Source of the DNA: Cyclobacteriaceae bacterium
GTDB lineage: Bacteria > Bacteroidota > Bacteroidia > Cytophagales > Cyclobacteriaceae
Assembly: GCA_044349005.1 (NCBI GenBank)
Contig: JBIKRT010000004.1
Coordinates: 43,658-107,657 of the forward strand
Direction of reading: 5' to 3'
Length of the DNA: 64,000 bases
Below the pieces are notes generated by a model. It was not told where the DNA came from, ran no database searches, and was given only the letters and a program-made list of their open reading frames with translations. Shown in pieces: positions 27,182-37,165 of this stretch. The translations under genes and the position numbers were made by a program. The number at the start of each line of letters is the position of its first letter. The stretch's first letter is position 1.

Positions 27182-30100
27182 ATGAAGAAGATTTTACTAG
27201 TGTGCTTCTCATTCGCTCTTGTGTTCAACGTATGGGCGCAAGACCGGAATGTCTCGGGTAAAGTGACATCTGCAGAAGATGGATCAGCTTTGCCCGGTGT
27301 GAGTGTGTTGCTGAAAGGCACCACTGTTGGAACTGTGACCGATGCTGACGGAAATTACAAATTAACTGTTGCTGGTGGTGGCGGCACGTTGGTGTTCTCC
27401 TTTATTGGAATGTCCGGCTCAGAAGTTGCGATTGGCGAAAGATCAGTAGTCGATATCAGCCTTGGGCTAGATGTAAGACAACTTTCAGAAATTGTAGTAA
27501 CAGCTCAGGGTATCGAGAGAGATCAGAAAACTCTTGGTTACGCGGCAACTACTATTTCGTCAGCGACTTTAGCAAACAAGCCTGAGACAGATGTTGGGCG
27601 TGCTTTACAAGGACGTTCCCCTGGAATTCAAATCCTTAACTCTTCTGGGTTAGCGGGTTCTGGCTCGAGAATTAATATTCGTGGTAACAGCTCTATTACT
27701 GGCGATACCCAACCATTGTGGGTTGTTAACGGTGTGCCGATTAATACCAGTCAAAATGATACCAATTCGGATTTTAGAGATGGACAGGTAGCACCGACTC
27801 GTTTTTTGGATATTGATCCAAACAATATCGAATCCATGACGATATTGAGAGGGTTGAATGCAACCACACTTTACGGTTCTCAGGGTAGAAATGGTGTTAT
27901 CTTGGTAACTACAAAAACTGGCTCTTCTAAGGGTGCGCAAAACAAATTTGATGGCGCGGTGACTCAATCCGTTTTTGGAGTACAAGCGTTTGTGCCAGAA
28001 TATCAAAATAAGTGGTCCAACGGTTTCGATGGAGCTTATGGTGAGTTCTTTAGTAACTGGGGTAGTTTATTTAATGGCAAGCCAACAGGCGTAAACCACC
28101 CATATTACGAGTGGAGAAACGTATTTCCTGATCGCCCTGAATTCGCAGTATTTGGATCAACGGTGCAACCAGGACAAACATTACCAGGTTATATTCCTGT
28201 AGCAGCGCCCAACAACGTAAAAGATTTCTTCAAAACTGGTATTTCTTCTACAACCTCTCTTTCATTGGGTGGTAGAAGTGAATTTGGAAGCACCAATTTC
28301 AGCTATAGCCATTTGGATGAAAGTGGTTTTATACAAAATAACAATTTGGTGAGAGATAACTTTTCTTTGGGTGGCACAGCCAATTTAACAAAGAAACTGA
28401 CGCTGCAAAGCACGTTCAACTTTGTTAAAACGGACATGCAAACACCTCCAAGCGGAGCTGGTTCGGGATCGAACTCAAACGGTGGTCCTTCCATTTTTGC
28501 TGAGATATTCTATACGCCAAGAAATATCGATTTGACGAATTGGCCTTGGGAGAATCCTGTTGATAAATCAAGCGTTTATTACAGGAATAACAACAGTATT
28601 TCCAATCCTTATTGGTTATCGGCTAATACTCGCCAAACCAACGTAACGAATAGATTCTTTTCTTCTTCCAGCCTTAATTATAAAATTGCTGATTGGTTAA
28701 ATGTTACCTATCGTTTAGGTTACGATACATATAGCGAACGTCAAACGTATTGGATCAACAAAGGAGGCGTAGGCTTTGATGCAAATTTACGCCCTGGTGC
28801 TTACCGTTCTCAAACGGGCGTTAATGGGGTTATTGATCACAGTTTCTTGGCCTCCTTTAATAAAGATTTCGGGCAAGATTTTAAACTCAACGGAGTTGTT
28901 GGCGCTAACCATAGAAGAAATACCTACACTCAGGAAGGTCTTGAGTCATTAGGTCAAGTAGTGTACGGCTTAATTGAACACAGAAACTTTACTACTACGC
29001 AGCCTAGGGATTTTAGAGGAGTAAACTTAAACTATCAAACTAATAATACGATCGCTGGGGTATTTTTTGATGGCACACTCGCATACAAGGAATATTTGTA
29101 TGTAAACGTATCTGGCAGAAACGACTGGTCATCTACCCTACAAAAGGAAAACAGAGCTTTGTTTTATCCAGGAGGAAGTGTTTCGTTTATTCCTACTGCG
29201 GCCTTTCCAAGTTTTGGAGCGGGCGTACTTGATTTCTTGAAATTTAGAGTTGCCTATGGATCGTCAGCAAATTTTGGATCGCCATATAATACGGTTTCCA
29301 ACCTTTCTCTTAATTCTCAAAGTCGTGTTGATGCAATTGGCAATGTGGTTACCTCAAGATTAAATTCACTGCTTGCAAATCCTGGTTTGAAGCCAGAATT
29401 ACTTACAGAGACGGAGGTAGGTGTGGAAAGCAATTTGTTTGAAAACAGGATCAAAATAAACCTTTCGCTTTACAATAGATTAGCGAAGGATCAGATTATT
29501 GAAAGGCCACTTGATACTTCTACCGGCTTCTCAAGTACTTTTATCAATGCTGGTAGCATTTCTAATAAAGGTATTGAATTAAGTTTAACAATTACACCCG
29601 TTAGATCTGCTGACTTTTCTTGGGATATAACTACCAACTACACGAAAAATATCAGCAAGGTTGAATCGTTGCCTGAGGGCTCTAAGAAGATTTTGGTTAA
29701 CGGCTATACCAACCTTGGCAACTTTGCCATAGAGGGCGAGGCATTAAATGTTATTCAAGCTTCTTATACCAGAAGGGCACCTGATGGGCAATTAATTGTG
29801 AACGATGCGGGTAACTGGGACATAGCAAGCGATATTGGTATTATCGGTAATCCTAATCCAAACTGGTTAGCGTCAGTGATTAACAGCGTAAGCTGGAAAG
29901 GTATTTCATTTGGTATGCAATGGGACTATGTTCAAGGTGGCCAAACCTTGTCTTATACAGCGGCTACCATGGTGGGTCGCGGTGTAGCGAAAGACCTTGA
30001 AGAATTTGATCCTACTCTTACTTTGGTGCTTCCTGGCGTATTGGAAAACAAGGATGCCAGCGGAAGTGTTACTGGGTATACACCTAATAATATTCCACTT

Positions 30101-30424
30101 ACAACAGCGGGTGTGTTCTTCGGAAATACTATTATTGGTGGTGGTGCCTATGACCGCGGTATCTACGATGCTACCCGTATTCGATTCCGTGAAATTTCGT
30201 TAAGCTATAGCCTGCCGAAAGCGATCGTTTCAAAAATGAAATTGAAGGGTATTAACTTGTCTATTATAGGAAACAACCTTTGGTATAGAGCCATTAATGC
30301 GCCAAAATATGCCAAAGCAGATTTTGATAGAACGGCTTTTGGGTCAAACAACGGTGCCGGATTTGATTACCTAGGTGGTCCTTCTGCAGCGAGATATGGT
30401 GGAACTATAAAAGTTACATTCTAA
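27182..30424 (+). CDS. SusC/RagA-family TonB-linked outer-membrane receptor
   Basis: Signal peptide. CarboxypepD_reg-like N-domain (VSGKVTSAEDGSALPGVSVLLKGTTVGTVTDADGNYKL). Plug (GRSPGIQI...ILVTTKTG). About 1080 aa, ending in an aromatic residue. Confidence 0.9.
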   Translation: MKKILLVCFSFALVFNVWAQDRNVSGKVTSAEDGSALPGVSVLLKGTTVGTVTDADGNYKLTVAGGGGTLVFSFIGMSGSEVAIGERSVVDISLGLDVRQLSEIVVTAQGIERDQKTLGYAATTISSATLANKPETDVGRALQGRSPGIQILNSSGLAGSGSRINIRGNSSITGDTQPLWVVNGVPINTSQNDTNSDFRDGQVAPTRFLDIDPNNIESMTILRGLNATTLYGSQGRNGVILVTTKTGSSKGAQNKFDGAVTQSVFGVQAFVPEYQNKWSNGFDGAYGEFFSNWGSLFNGKPTGVNHPYYEWRNVFPDRPEFAVFGSTVQPGQTLPGYIPVAAPNNVKDFFKTGISSTTSLSLGGRSEFGSTNFSYSHLDESGFIQNNNLVRDNFSLGGTANLTKKLTLQSTFNFVKTDMQTPPSGAGSGSNSNGGPSIFAEIFYTPRNIDLTNWPWENPVDKSSVYYRNNNSISNPYWLSANTRQTNVTNRFFSSSSLNYKIADWLNVTYRLGYDTYSERQTYWINKGGVGFDANLRPGAYRSQTGVNGVIDHSFLASFNKDFGQDFKLNGVVGANHRRNTYTQEGLESLGQVVYGLIEHRNFTTTQPRDFRGVNLNYQTNNTIAGVFFDGTLAYKEYLYVNVSGRNDWSSTLQKENRALFYPGGSVSFIPTAAFPSFGAGVLDFLKFRVAYGSSANFGSPYNTVSNLSLNSQSRVDAIGNVVTSRLNSLLANPGLKPELLTETEVGVESNLFENRIKINLSLYNRLAKDQIIERPLDTSTGFSSTFINAGSISNKGIELSLTITPVRSADFSWDITTNYTKNISKVESLPEGSKKILVNGYTNLGNFAIEGEALNVIQASYTRRAPDGQLIVNDAGNWDIASDIGIIGNPNPNWLASVINSVSWKGISFGMQWDYVQGGQTLSYTAATMVGRGVAKDLEEFDPTLTLVLPGVLENKDASGSVTGYTPNNIPLTTAGVFFGNTIIGGGAYDRGIYDATRIRFREISLSYSLPKAIVSKMKLKGINLSIIGNNLWYRAINAPKYAKADFDRTAFGSNNGAGFDYLGGPSAARYGGTIKVTF

Positions 30425-30426
30425 AC

Positions 30427-32136
30427 ATGATTATTAAAATGAAAAATATATTTAAATCAATAACGATAATTTTGGTTTTCGTTTTCGCTTCCTGCGATTT
30501 GGATGGCGATTTGACAAACCCAAATCAGATCAGCGTGGCTGGTGCCGATGTGGATTTGATCATGAATGCAGTGCAGCTTAGTTTTGCTGACTTTTATAAT
30601 AGCGCGTCTGCTAACGTAGATCAATTAGTACGCATGCAGGCAATGACGGGCGGATTTAGGTATCAGACTGCCATCCAGCCGGTAAGTGTAGATAATTTAT
30701 GGACGCAGGCTTATCGAAACGTGTTGGTAAATGCAGAGGCACTAATTCCGTTGGCTCAGTCTAAAAATTTAACGACCCACGTGGCGGTTGCGAAAATTAT
30801 AGAGGCTTATGTTTACTTGACATTGGTTGACGTTTTTGGAGATGTTCCTCAAGCAGAAGCTGTTTCCGGGGCCAGTGGTAATTTTAACCCGGTCGCGGAT
30901 AAAGGAGATGTGGTCTATGCAAAGGCAATCAGTTTGTTGACTGAAGCGAGAACAGAGCTTGCAAAAACGGGAGCTGCCGCTGGCGCGGCCCTAGCAAGAG
31001 ATATTTACTATTCTGGTAACCGCACACGTTGGGCTGCTCTAGCGAATACGTTGGAACTTAAGGCGTGGATGAATATCAGAACTGTTGCCGCGAGAAGGGG
31101 TGAGGCAGATGGTAAAATCACTGCGCTTTTGACGACTGATTTAATTGACACAGAGGCAGAGAACTTTACTTACAAGTATGGAACGGCTACTGTGCCTGCC
31201 GGATCAAGACATCCTCTTTATGACCAATATTATGGTCCATCAAGAGGCCAAGCTGGCGGCTATATCAACAATGGGTATCTGTATAAGTGTTTTGGTAAAT
31301 GGGATGCAGCGGATCCTCTTAATTTTACTAAAGCCGTCCAAGATCCACGTTGGAGATATTACTTCTATCGTCAAATAGGAAGCAACGCTCAAGGTCTAGT
31401 GGTTGACCCCAAGTCATTGGGCTGCTCACCTGGTGCTGCTCCGGCAGTCTATCAAGCGGGTGGATTTGTTTTCTGCCAATTTGACCCAGGCTTTTATGGA
31501 AGAGATCATGGCGATGCCTCTGGAACGCCTCCAGATTCTCCGGTAATTACGTGCGCGGGCGCTTATCCTGCAGGCGGTAAAATTGATAATACTTCTACCG
31601 CTCAAACATCTTTTGCTACCGCGACAATTCGCGGAGATGGAGAGAACGGAGCGGGATTTCAACCCATTTGGATGTCGTTTTTTACCGACTATATTAAAGC
31701 TGAGATAAGGGCAAATGCGGGTGATAATGCGGGGGCTAAAACACTACTTGCTACTGCAATTGCAAACTCGGTTGCTCAAGTGAAGAAGTCGGCTAAAACA
31801 ACGGCAAATCAATTGAGTGCTGGGCGTGAACCTTTGATTGCTCCTTACCAGGCTGCCGTGGCTACTAGTTTTGACAACGCTGCTAGAAAGCTGGATGTAA
31901 TTGCCGATGAATATTATATTGCCCTATGGGGAAATGGAGTAGAGGCTTATAATCTTTATAGACGGACATTAGCTCCAAAAGGTCTGCAACCTACTATTGG
32001 TGACGGGGGGCCTTATTTCCGCTCGTTGGTGTACCCTGCGGTTTATGCAAACTTGAACTCTAATGCAGTGCAGAAAGATGTGACCAAGATTAATAAAGTA
32101 TTCTGGGATGTTAATCCTGATAACGCGATAAATTAA
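30427..32136 (+). CDS. SusD/RagB-family outer-membrane lipoprotein
   Basis: Immediately follows the SusC-like gene. Lipobox VFASC. N-terminal helical region LWTQAYRNVLVNAEALI...EAYVYLTLVDVFGDVP is typical of SusD-like proteins. The start may be the Met at 30439. Confidence 0.75.
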   Translation: MIIKMKNIFKSITIILVFVFASCDLDGDLTNPNQISVAGADVDLIMNAVQLSFADFYNSASANVDQLVRMQAMTGGFRYQTAIQPVSVDNLWTQAYRNVLVNAEALIPLAQSKNLTTHVAVAKIIEAYVYLTLVDVFGDVPQAEAVSGASGNFNPVADKGDVVYAKAISLLTEARTELAKTGAAAGAALARDIYYSGNRTRWAALANTLELKAWMNIRTVAARRGEADGKITALLTTDLIDTEAENFTYKYGTATVPAGSRHPLYDQYYGPSRGQAGGYINNGYLYKCFGKWDAADPLNFTKAVQDPRWRYYFYRQIGSNAQGLVVDPKSLGCSPGAAPAVYQAGGFVFCQFDPGFYGRDHGDASGTPPDSPVITCAGAYPAGGKIDNTSTAQTSFATATIRGDGENGAGFQPIWMSFFTDYIKAEIRANAGDNAGAKTLLATAIANSVAQVKKSAKTTANQLSAGREPLIAPYQAAVATSFDNAARKLDVIADEYYIALWGNGVEAYNLYRRTLAPKGLQPTIGDGGPYFRSLVYPAVYANLNSNAVQKDVTKINKVFWDVNPDNAIN

Positions 32137-32143
32137 TTTAACT

Positions 32144-33088
32144 ATGAGAAAAATATATAGTATTATGATGATTGCGCTGGTAGGCATAGCCCTTTCCTGC
32201 GCGGATGAAGCCCTAGATCCGTTGTTAACTAAAAATGTATCTAAAGGTAATTTGCTAGCACTTCGCGGAACCGCCTTGCAGAATGTATATTTTGCGGGCA
32301 CACCCGCTGCGGAAGTTTTTCCGAGAATTATAAATGGCACTGAGACCTTTAAATTTGATGCTGAATATTTGTCGAGCGACTTTACCTCGCTTCAAAGTTT
32401 CGATATCTATGTAACAAAGCGAACAGGGTCTGGTGCCTCTCTTAAAACTGAGCGGATTTTGTTGACAAACATTCCCTTCTCAAGTTTTAAGCAAGATGGA
32501 ACTTATCCGGGGCCATGGGTATCTGTTACTTTGAAGTTGACTGATATTCTTGCAAAGCTTGGATTAGATTACACCAAAGCTGCGGATGTTACTACGCTTC
32601 TTACTACCTATAAGTTTGGCATTAGCATAACCAGCGATTTGAATTTAACGGACGGATCTAAAGCCCCTGCAGCTAACTTAGTTGCTCCTGGCTTGTTTCA
32701 AAGTGACCAGTTCTATCCGGCTCAAATATTGACCTACACTGTCACGGACTATTGTGTGTATGATAATTCTACTTGGGCGGGTACTTATACCGCCAACGAG
32801 ATTTATTCAAATAGTGCCTACGGTCCGTACAACGTGAAGTTTACGCAGGACGCAACGGATAAGAATAAGTTCTTCTTGAATAATTTTTGGGATGAAGGAA
32901 GTCCGGCTTACATAGTTTTTACACCATCTACTAGCCCAACTACTCAGATAGTTAAATTTCCTGATCAGACTAGCGACAGAGGAGCAATCAAAAGCACGAC
33001 TGGCACTTACGATCAATGTACTAACACGCTTAAAATTCAAACTCAGTATGCTGGTTCAGACTGGCGTTACGAATTTGTTAAGCAATAA
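32144..33088 (+). CDS. Hypothetical surface lipoprotein (third gene of the SusC/D locus)
   Basis: Lipobox IALSC. Its position after SusD is analogous to SusE/F-type accessory lipoproteins. I recognise no motif. Confidence 0.45.
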   Translation: MRKIYSIMMIALVGIALSCADEALDPLLTKNVSKGNLLALRGTALQNVYFAGTPAAEVFPRIINGTETFKFDAEYLSSDFTSLQSFDIYVTKRTGSGASLKTERILLTNIPFSSFKQDGTYPGPWVSVTLKLTDILAKLGLDYTKAADVTTLLTTYKFGISITSDLNLTDGSKAPAANLVAPGLFQSDQFYPAQILTYTVTDYCVYDNSTWAGTYTANEIYSNSAYGPYNVKFTQDATDKNKFFLNNFWDEGSPAYIVFTPSTSPTTQIVKFPDQTSDRGAIKSTTGTYDQCTNTLKIQTQYAGSDWRYEFVKQ

Positions 33089-33109
33089 GTTTTTTGGTTA
33101 ACGAAATGG

Positions 33110-33139
33110 AAAAGGCTCAGAGAAATCTGAGCCTTTTTT
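33110..33139. terminator. Bidirectional rho-independent terminator
   Basis: aaaaggctcaga / tctgagcctttttt with loop gaaa. A-run on one side and T-run on the other, between convergent genes. Confidence 0.8.
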
Positions 33140-33192
33140 GTTATATCATTTCGACTACTTTTAGAGAGTTAGGTATTCTAGTCAGAATGGGT

Positions 33193-35961
33193 TCACTTTT
33201 CAGAAATTGTTACGATGTATTCCTCGTGGATCGGCTCACTTTTTCCATCTAAGCCTTCTACTATCACTCGGTATTTTGTTTGTAGATCGCCCGTTGTGAA
33301 AGCAACTACTGCATTCCCATCTTTATCGGTTTTAACTAAAGGATTCCAATAGATAAGGGAACTATTATTTCTGCTAGCGTGAAGCGAGGTGGGTGTAGTT
33401 TCGGGCAATTTGAATTTTTTCGAAGTAGAATAGCCGGGCACTTTTATAGTGGGTATACTGGCAGGTCTTGTTATTTCGGGGGCTTTGTTGGTATAGACAG
33501 AAAGCACGCCACTTGAACCTGCGCTGCCGTAAAGTGTGCTTGAACTGAGGCTAGTCTTTAATTCGATGGAAGCGACATCGTCAGGATTAATTGCAGACAA
33601 TATGCTGGCAGGTGTGCCACCCGTGTAAACATCATTGACCAAAACGGCCACTTCTTTTACGTTGATAATAGAAGAGGTTGCTGCCCGTGTGGTATAGACC
33701 ATCCATTCCGGGCCAGCACCTAGGTTATTTACTTCCCTTACAATCAGCCCTGGAAATTTACCTTGTATAGCATATAGTAAATTTGGATAATTGGTATTTA
33801 TATCTTTCCGCTCAAGCACGTAATTCGATTTTCCATAAGGCCTTTTCTTTTCTATCGGTTCTTCCTTTCTGTCTTTAATAACTACTTCTTCCAGCAATTG
33901 GGCATCTTCTGAATCAAAGATTGATTTTCTGCGCATCACAGTGGCGGTAGCAATTACCTTTAAGCTGGGTATTTCAACCACCGTAGTGATGGCAGGCACA
34001 TCTCTTTTTATTAGTTCTGCTTTGCCAAAAAGCTCACCTCGTTTGTTTGCGGAGCGAATAGAAAAATAGCAGGTGTCTGTGAACTGCAGGTCTTCTATTT
34101 TGAAAAAGCCATTGTCATCTGATTCAGAGAAATAGAAATTGTTAGGATTCATTTGAACTACACTTAGCGAAGCCTTTTCGGGTGCATAGCTATCATTAAA
34201 AAATCGACCAGTGTAACTAATTCCGCGTTCAATTGGATACGCGTATTTTTTTCGAGGTGTCAATCCTGTCATGTTTATTTTTGAGCCAGAGATGATCGAG
34301 CTTGTTTCCATAGGTGTAACCAAGCTCTCGTCAGTTACAGAAACAGAAAGATTTGCATTTTTATTTATTTCGTCTTTTATCTTTAAAATCAAGTATACTT
34401 TTTCGTTTGCGCCATAGGTGGTTTTTTCCGAATGAATTACCAGTTTATCATTACTGCTAGGTGGTTTTGACGCAGAAGTTTCAATGTTTTCCTTTAGCTT
34501 CAGAACAGGTACTGGCTTAGTAAAGAATTCGGAATCCTTAAAATTTCGATTCCAACTGGTGTAACTCCTTAACATATAGTTGCCCGTTTTCAATGAGTCT
34601 GGTAAGGTCAGCTCGCCTTGAAAATATCCGCTGTCGATCGCCATTATCTTGGAAAGGGCGATTGATTTATTTTCGGTTCGTATGAGCTCTACGTAGGCTG
34701 TTTTGCTCAAAGTATCAGCAGCTGTAGCATTGTAATTAACGTATCCTTTAAACCAAATTATTTCTCCGGGGTAGTAATAAGGCTTATCGGTATGAATGTA
34801 AATTTTTTCTAGCGGAACAACGGCTAGATTTGCCTTCGATTTAGATTCAATTTTGTTTGAAGGCAACGGAACATAGTCCAACGGCATTAAATGTGAAACT
34901 CTGTTTGCGCTCATATTTCCAGAAACAGAAACTTCTGAAGGGTTTAGCTCAACCCCATCCTTGGTCACAAGAATAAATGGCTTATTTGGCCAAACCCAAC
35001 TGATAGGGTGTGTAATGTCTTTATAAACTTTTGTAAACGATTCCCCGGGTGTATAATGAATCTCCATTCTGCCTTTGAACGAGATTTTATAAATGTCTTT
35101 ATATTGTGTGTTACTTACCATGGCGAGCGTATCGCAAGGAAGTAGTATTGTTTCGAGATTGGAAGAAAAGACAGGCGCGCGGTTAGTGGTAGAAACACCC
35201 TCTTTTTCTGTATATAATTCAAATCCTTCCGCGGTAATCTTTTTCTCTATAAGGGATTTGAATAAATGTTGTCTTGAGTTTAGGTAAGACTTTTGGCGAT
35301 TCGATAGCCATTTTGCTTTCTCGTTTTTCTCGAAACTAACAAGTTCTTCAAAGCGAACATTGCCTTCAATCGAGTAGTCTGTTTTTGCAGATTCAAATTT
35401 GTTTAGTGCAAAGTGAATTCTATACCCAAGTGCCCTATTCTCAATCTCAATTGGCGAGCTTGAATTGGCAACAAATTTCTTTTCTGTGTCAGCGAAATCA
35501 ATCGAATAGGGGTTAATAATAGTACATAAATCAGCAAATTTATCTTCACCTAGAAATATTTTTTCAAATCGCTTGAGCTTTTTTTCCCACTCTTTATCCT
35601 TGGTGGCTTTTACTTCTACAGCGTTTAGCTCAACTGCTATTGGTTTTAGTTTTAGCACGCCCATCGCAATGTTTCCGTCAACAATGCTAATTTTTTGTTT
35701 GTATGATTCATAGCCGACATAAGAAAAAACAATTTCATAAACGGCTGGAAAACTGATGTCTTTTATAGTGAATTCGCCTACCTGATTTGTTACCGAGCCG
35801 ATGGTGGTGTTGTTCAAAAATACGTTCGCATAAATCAACGGTTCGTTCGTTGCAGCGTCAACTAACTTGCCGTTTATAACCGCTTTTTGGGCCATTAATA
35901 AGCTGGAACAGGCTAGAAGAAAAAGCAGTATGATTTGTTTAAAATCCAATATATTTCTCAT
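33193..35961 (-). CDS. Large secreted protein: CarboxypepD_reg-like + MG2-like + plug-like domains, no beta-barrel (paralog A)
   Basis: Signal peptide. INGKLVDAATNEPLIYANVFL...GEFTI (CarboxypepD_reg-like). KPYYYPGEIIWFKGY...GNYMLRSYTSWNRNF (MG2-like). VLVNDVYTGG...SIELKT...GVLSVYTNK (plug-like). YWNP tail. Paralogous to 41034-43397. Confidence 0.6.
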   Translation of the reverse strand: MRNILDFKQIILLFLLACSSLLMAQKAVINGKLVDAATNEPLIYANVFLNNTTIGSVTNQVGEFTIKDISFPAVYEIVFSYVGYESYKQKISIVDGNIAMGVLKLKPIAVELNAVEVKATKDKEWEKKLKRFEKIFLGEDKFADLCTIINPYSIDFADTEKKFVANSSSPIEIENRALGYRIHFALNKFESAKTDYSIEGNVRFEELVSFEKNEKAKWLSNRQKSYLNSRQHLFKSLIEKKITAEGFELYTEKEGVSTTNRAPVFSSNLETILLPCDTLAMVSNTQYKDIYKISFKGRMEIHYTPGESFTKVYKDITHPISWVWPNKPFILVTKDGVELNPSEVSVSGNMSANRVSHLMPLDYVPLPSNKIESKSKANLAVVPLEKIYIHTDKPYYYPGEIIWFKGYVNYNATAADTLSKTAYVELIRTENKSIALSKIMAIDSGYFQGELTLPDSLKTGNYMLRSYTSWNRNFKDSEFFTKPVPVLKLKENIETSASKPPSSNDKLVIHSEKTTYGANEKVYLILKIKDEINKNANLSVSVTDESLVTPMETSSIISGSKINMTGLTPRKKYAYPIERGISYTGRFFNDSYAPEKASLSVVQMNPNNFYFSESDDNGFFKIEDLQFTDTCYFSIRSANKRGELFGKAELIKRDVPAITTVVEIPSLKVIATATVMRRKSIFDSEDAQLLEEVVIKDRKEEPIEKKRPYGKSNYVLERKDINTNYPNLLYAIQGKFPGLIVREVNNLGAGPEWMVYTTRAATSSIINVKEVAVLVNDVYTGGTPASILSAINPDDVASIELKTSLSSSTLYGSAGSSGVLSVYTNKAPEITRPASIPTIKVPGYSTSKKFKLPETTPTSLHASRNNSSLIYWNPLVKTDKDGNAVVAFTTGDLQTKYRVIVEGLDGKSEPIHEEYIVTISEK

Positions 35962-35966
35962 GAGAC

Positions 35967-36809
35967 TTACTTTATTGTTGTTTTTAGGAATTTGAAATGG
36001 AAACGTAGCGTGGTGGAGGCAATACTTTTGTTTTTCACTGGAATCCAGCTTTTGTTGGTTTTTATCAACAGGTCAAAAATCGCTGAATTCAATTCATAAT
36101 TGATTCCTTTTACTATTTTGACTCCGGAAAATCCATTCTTAGAAACAAGCAGATCTATAATAATTTCTTCGGTCAGTTTATCGTTTTGGAACTCCTTAGG
36201 GAACTTAAAGTTGAGGGCAAGAAAAGACCCAAAGTTCATGTGGCTTGAATTATAATAAATCGGGCTTGGCAATAACGCTGACTCATTAAATAGAATGCGA
36301 TAATCAAAGTTTTTATAAGAATATAGTGGTAATTCTCCAGTCGCTATATACGATTCGTTTAGTATTGTTAATCCACAATCCACCAGTTGATTTGATTCGC
36401 TTTTGACCGTTCTGGTTTTTTTAAGATTTAAGAAGTAGTATACAGCTTCATGTTCTTTGGTATTAGCATATAAGATTAGACTGTCGTTGGTTAACCGTCT
36501 TATGTTAAAATTTAGCTCCGGTAGGTGAAATAATTCTTCACTGAATACTTCTATTTCATTCCCATTCATTGAAAAGGGCATTGTTAATCCCCTATCGAAA
36601 GGCGCCTCAGATATTGTGATGGATCGATTGGTAAATTCAAAACGTAGGTACTCATACGAATCTCCAAAGGTGCAGCTTGTGGGATTTCCTGTTATATCTT
36701 CTACTTTTGTACAAATCCAATTATTAGTCAATAACTCATTCGTTTTTTGACCAAAAGCATGACAACAAGACGAAAGAACGAGAAAACTCAGTATTATTCT
36801 TTTGCACAT
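35967..36809 (-). CDS. Hypothetical secreted protein with TonB C-terminal-like domain
   Basis: Signal peptide. The last ~80 aa (IIIDLLVSKNGFSGVKIVKGINYELNSAIFDLLIKTNKSWIPVKNKSIASTTLRFHFKF) follow the TonB_C pattern. Confidence 0.45.
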   Translation of the reverse strand: MCKRIILSFLVLSSCCHAFGQKTNELLTNNWICTKVEDITGNPTSCTFGDSYEYLRFEFTNRSITISEAPFDRGLTMPFSMNGNEIEVFSEELFHLPELNFNIRRLTNDSLILYANTKEHEAVYYFLNLKKTRTVKSESNQLVDCGLTILNESYIATGELPLYSYKNFDYRILFNESALLPSPIYYNSSHMNFGSFLALNFKFPKEFQNDKLTEEIIIDLLVSKNGFSGVKIVKGINYELNSAIFDLLIKTNKSWIPVKNKSIASTTLRFHFKFLKTTIK

Positions 36810-36819
36810 AGACGCCTAA

Positions 36820-37089
36820 CTATTTTTTAATTTCCAAGTGCATCCTCAAAGCCTTTTTCTTATAGATCACCGCTTCAGCGAAGCCCTCTGAAATTCCCTC
36901 CAATGAAAATGATCCTGATTCACTCGTTTGCGCTGAAAGATCAGTGTTATTGATGAAAATTGTAGCACCAGCTATCGGCCTTAATTTCTCACGGTTCAAT
37001 ATCGTTCCCCTGAGTTGCGAATAAACTGTTTTGTCCAGGTGTAAACAGAAAATTAAAGACAAAATAATCTTAAGCCGATTTATTTCCAT
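36820..37089 (-). CDS. Small secreted protein consisting of a CarboxypepD_reg-like domain
   Basis: 89 aa. Signal peptide, then LRGTILNREKLRPIAGATIFINNTDLSAQTSESGSFSLEGI. Confidence 0.4.
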   Translation of the reverse strand: MEINRLKIILSLIFCLHLDKTVYSQLRGTILNREKLRPIAGATIFINNTDLSAQTSESGSFSLEGISEGFAEAVIYKKKALRMHLEIKK

Positions 37090-37113
37090 AGCGCCAATCT
37101 CGATAGTATCTTA

Positions 37114-37121
37114 TAAATTTG
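37114..37121 (+). promoter_or_regulatory. Putative -7 promoter box (TAAATTTG) for the TonB-dependent receptor operon
   Basis: Exact TAnnTTTG match, 45 nt upstream of the ORF start. Confidence 0.45.
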
Positions 37122-37165
37122 GAGTTTATTGCTAAGATTGCAAAACCACCGTTAACTTTTTTCGA

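Noticed and set aside
36820-37089. Calling the 89-aa CarboxypepD_reg ORF a pseudogene fragment
   Set aside because: It has an intact start and signal peptide, and the next ORF has its own signal peptide. Without homolog comparison I cannot show a disrupted ancestral frame, so I kept it as a low-confidence CDS.
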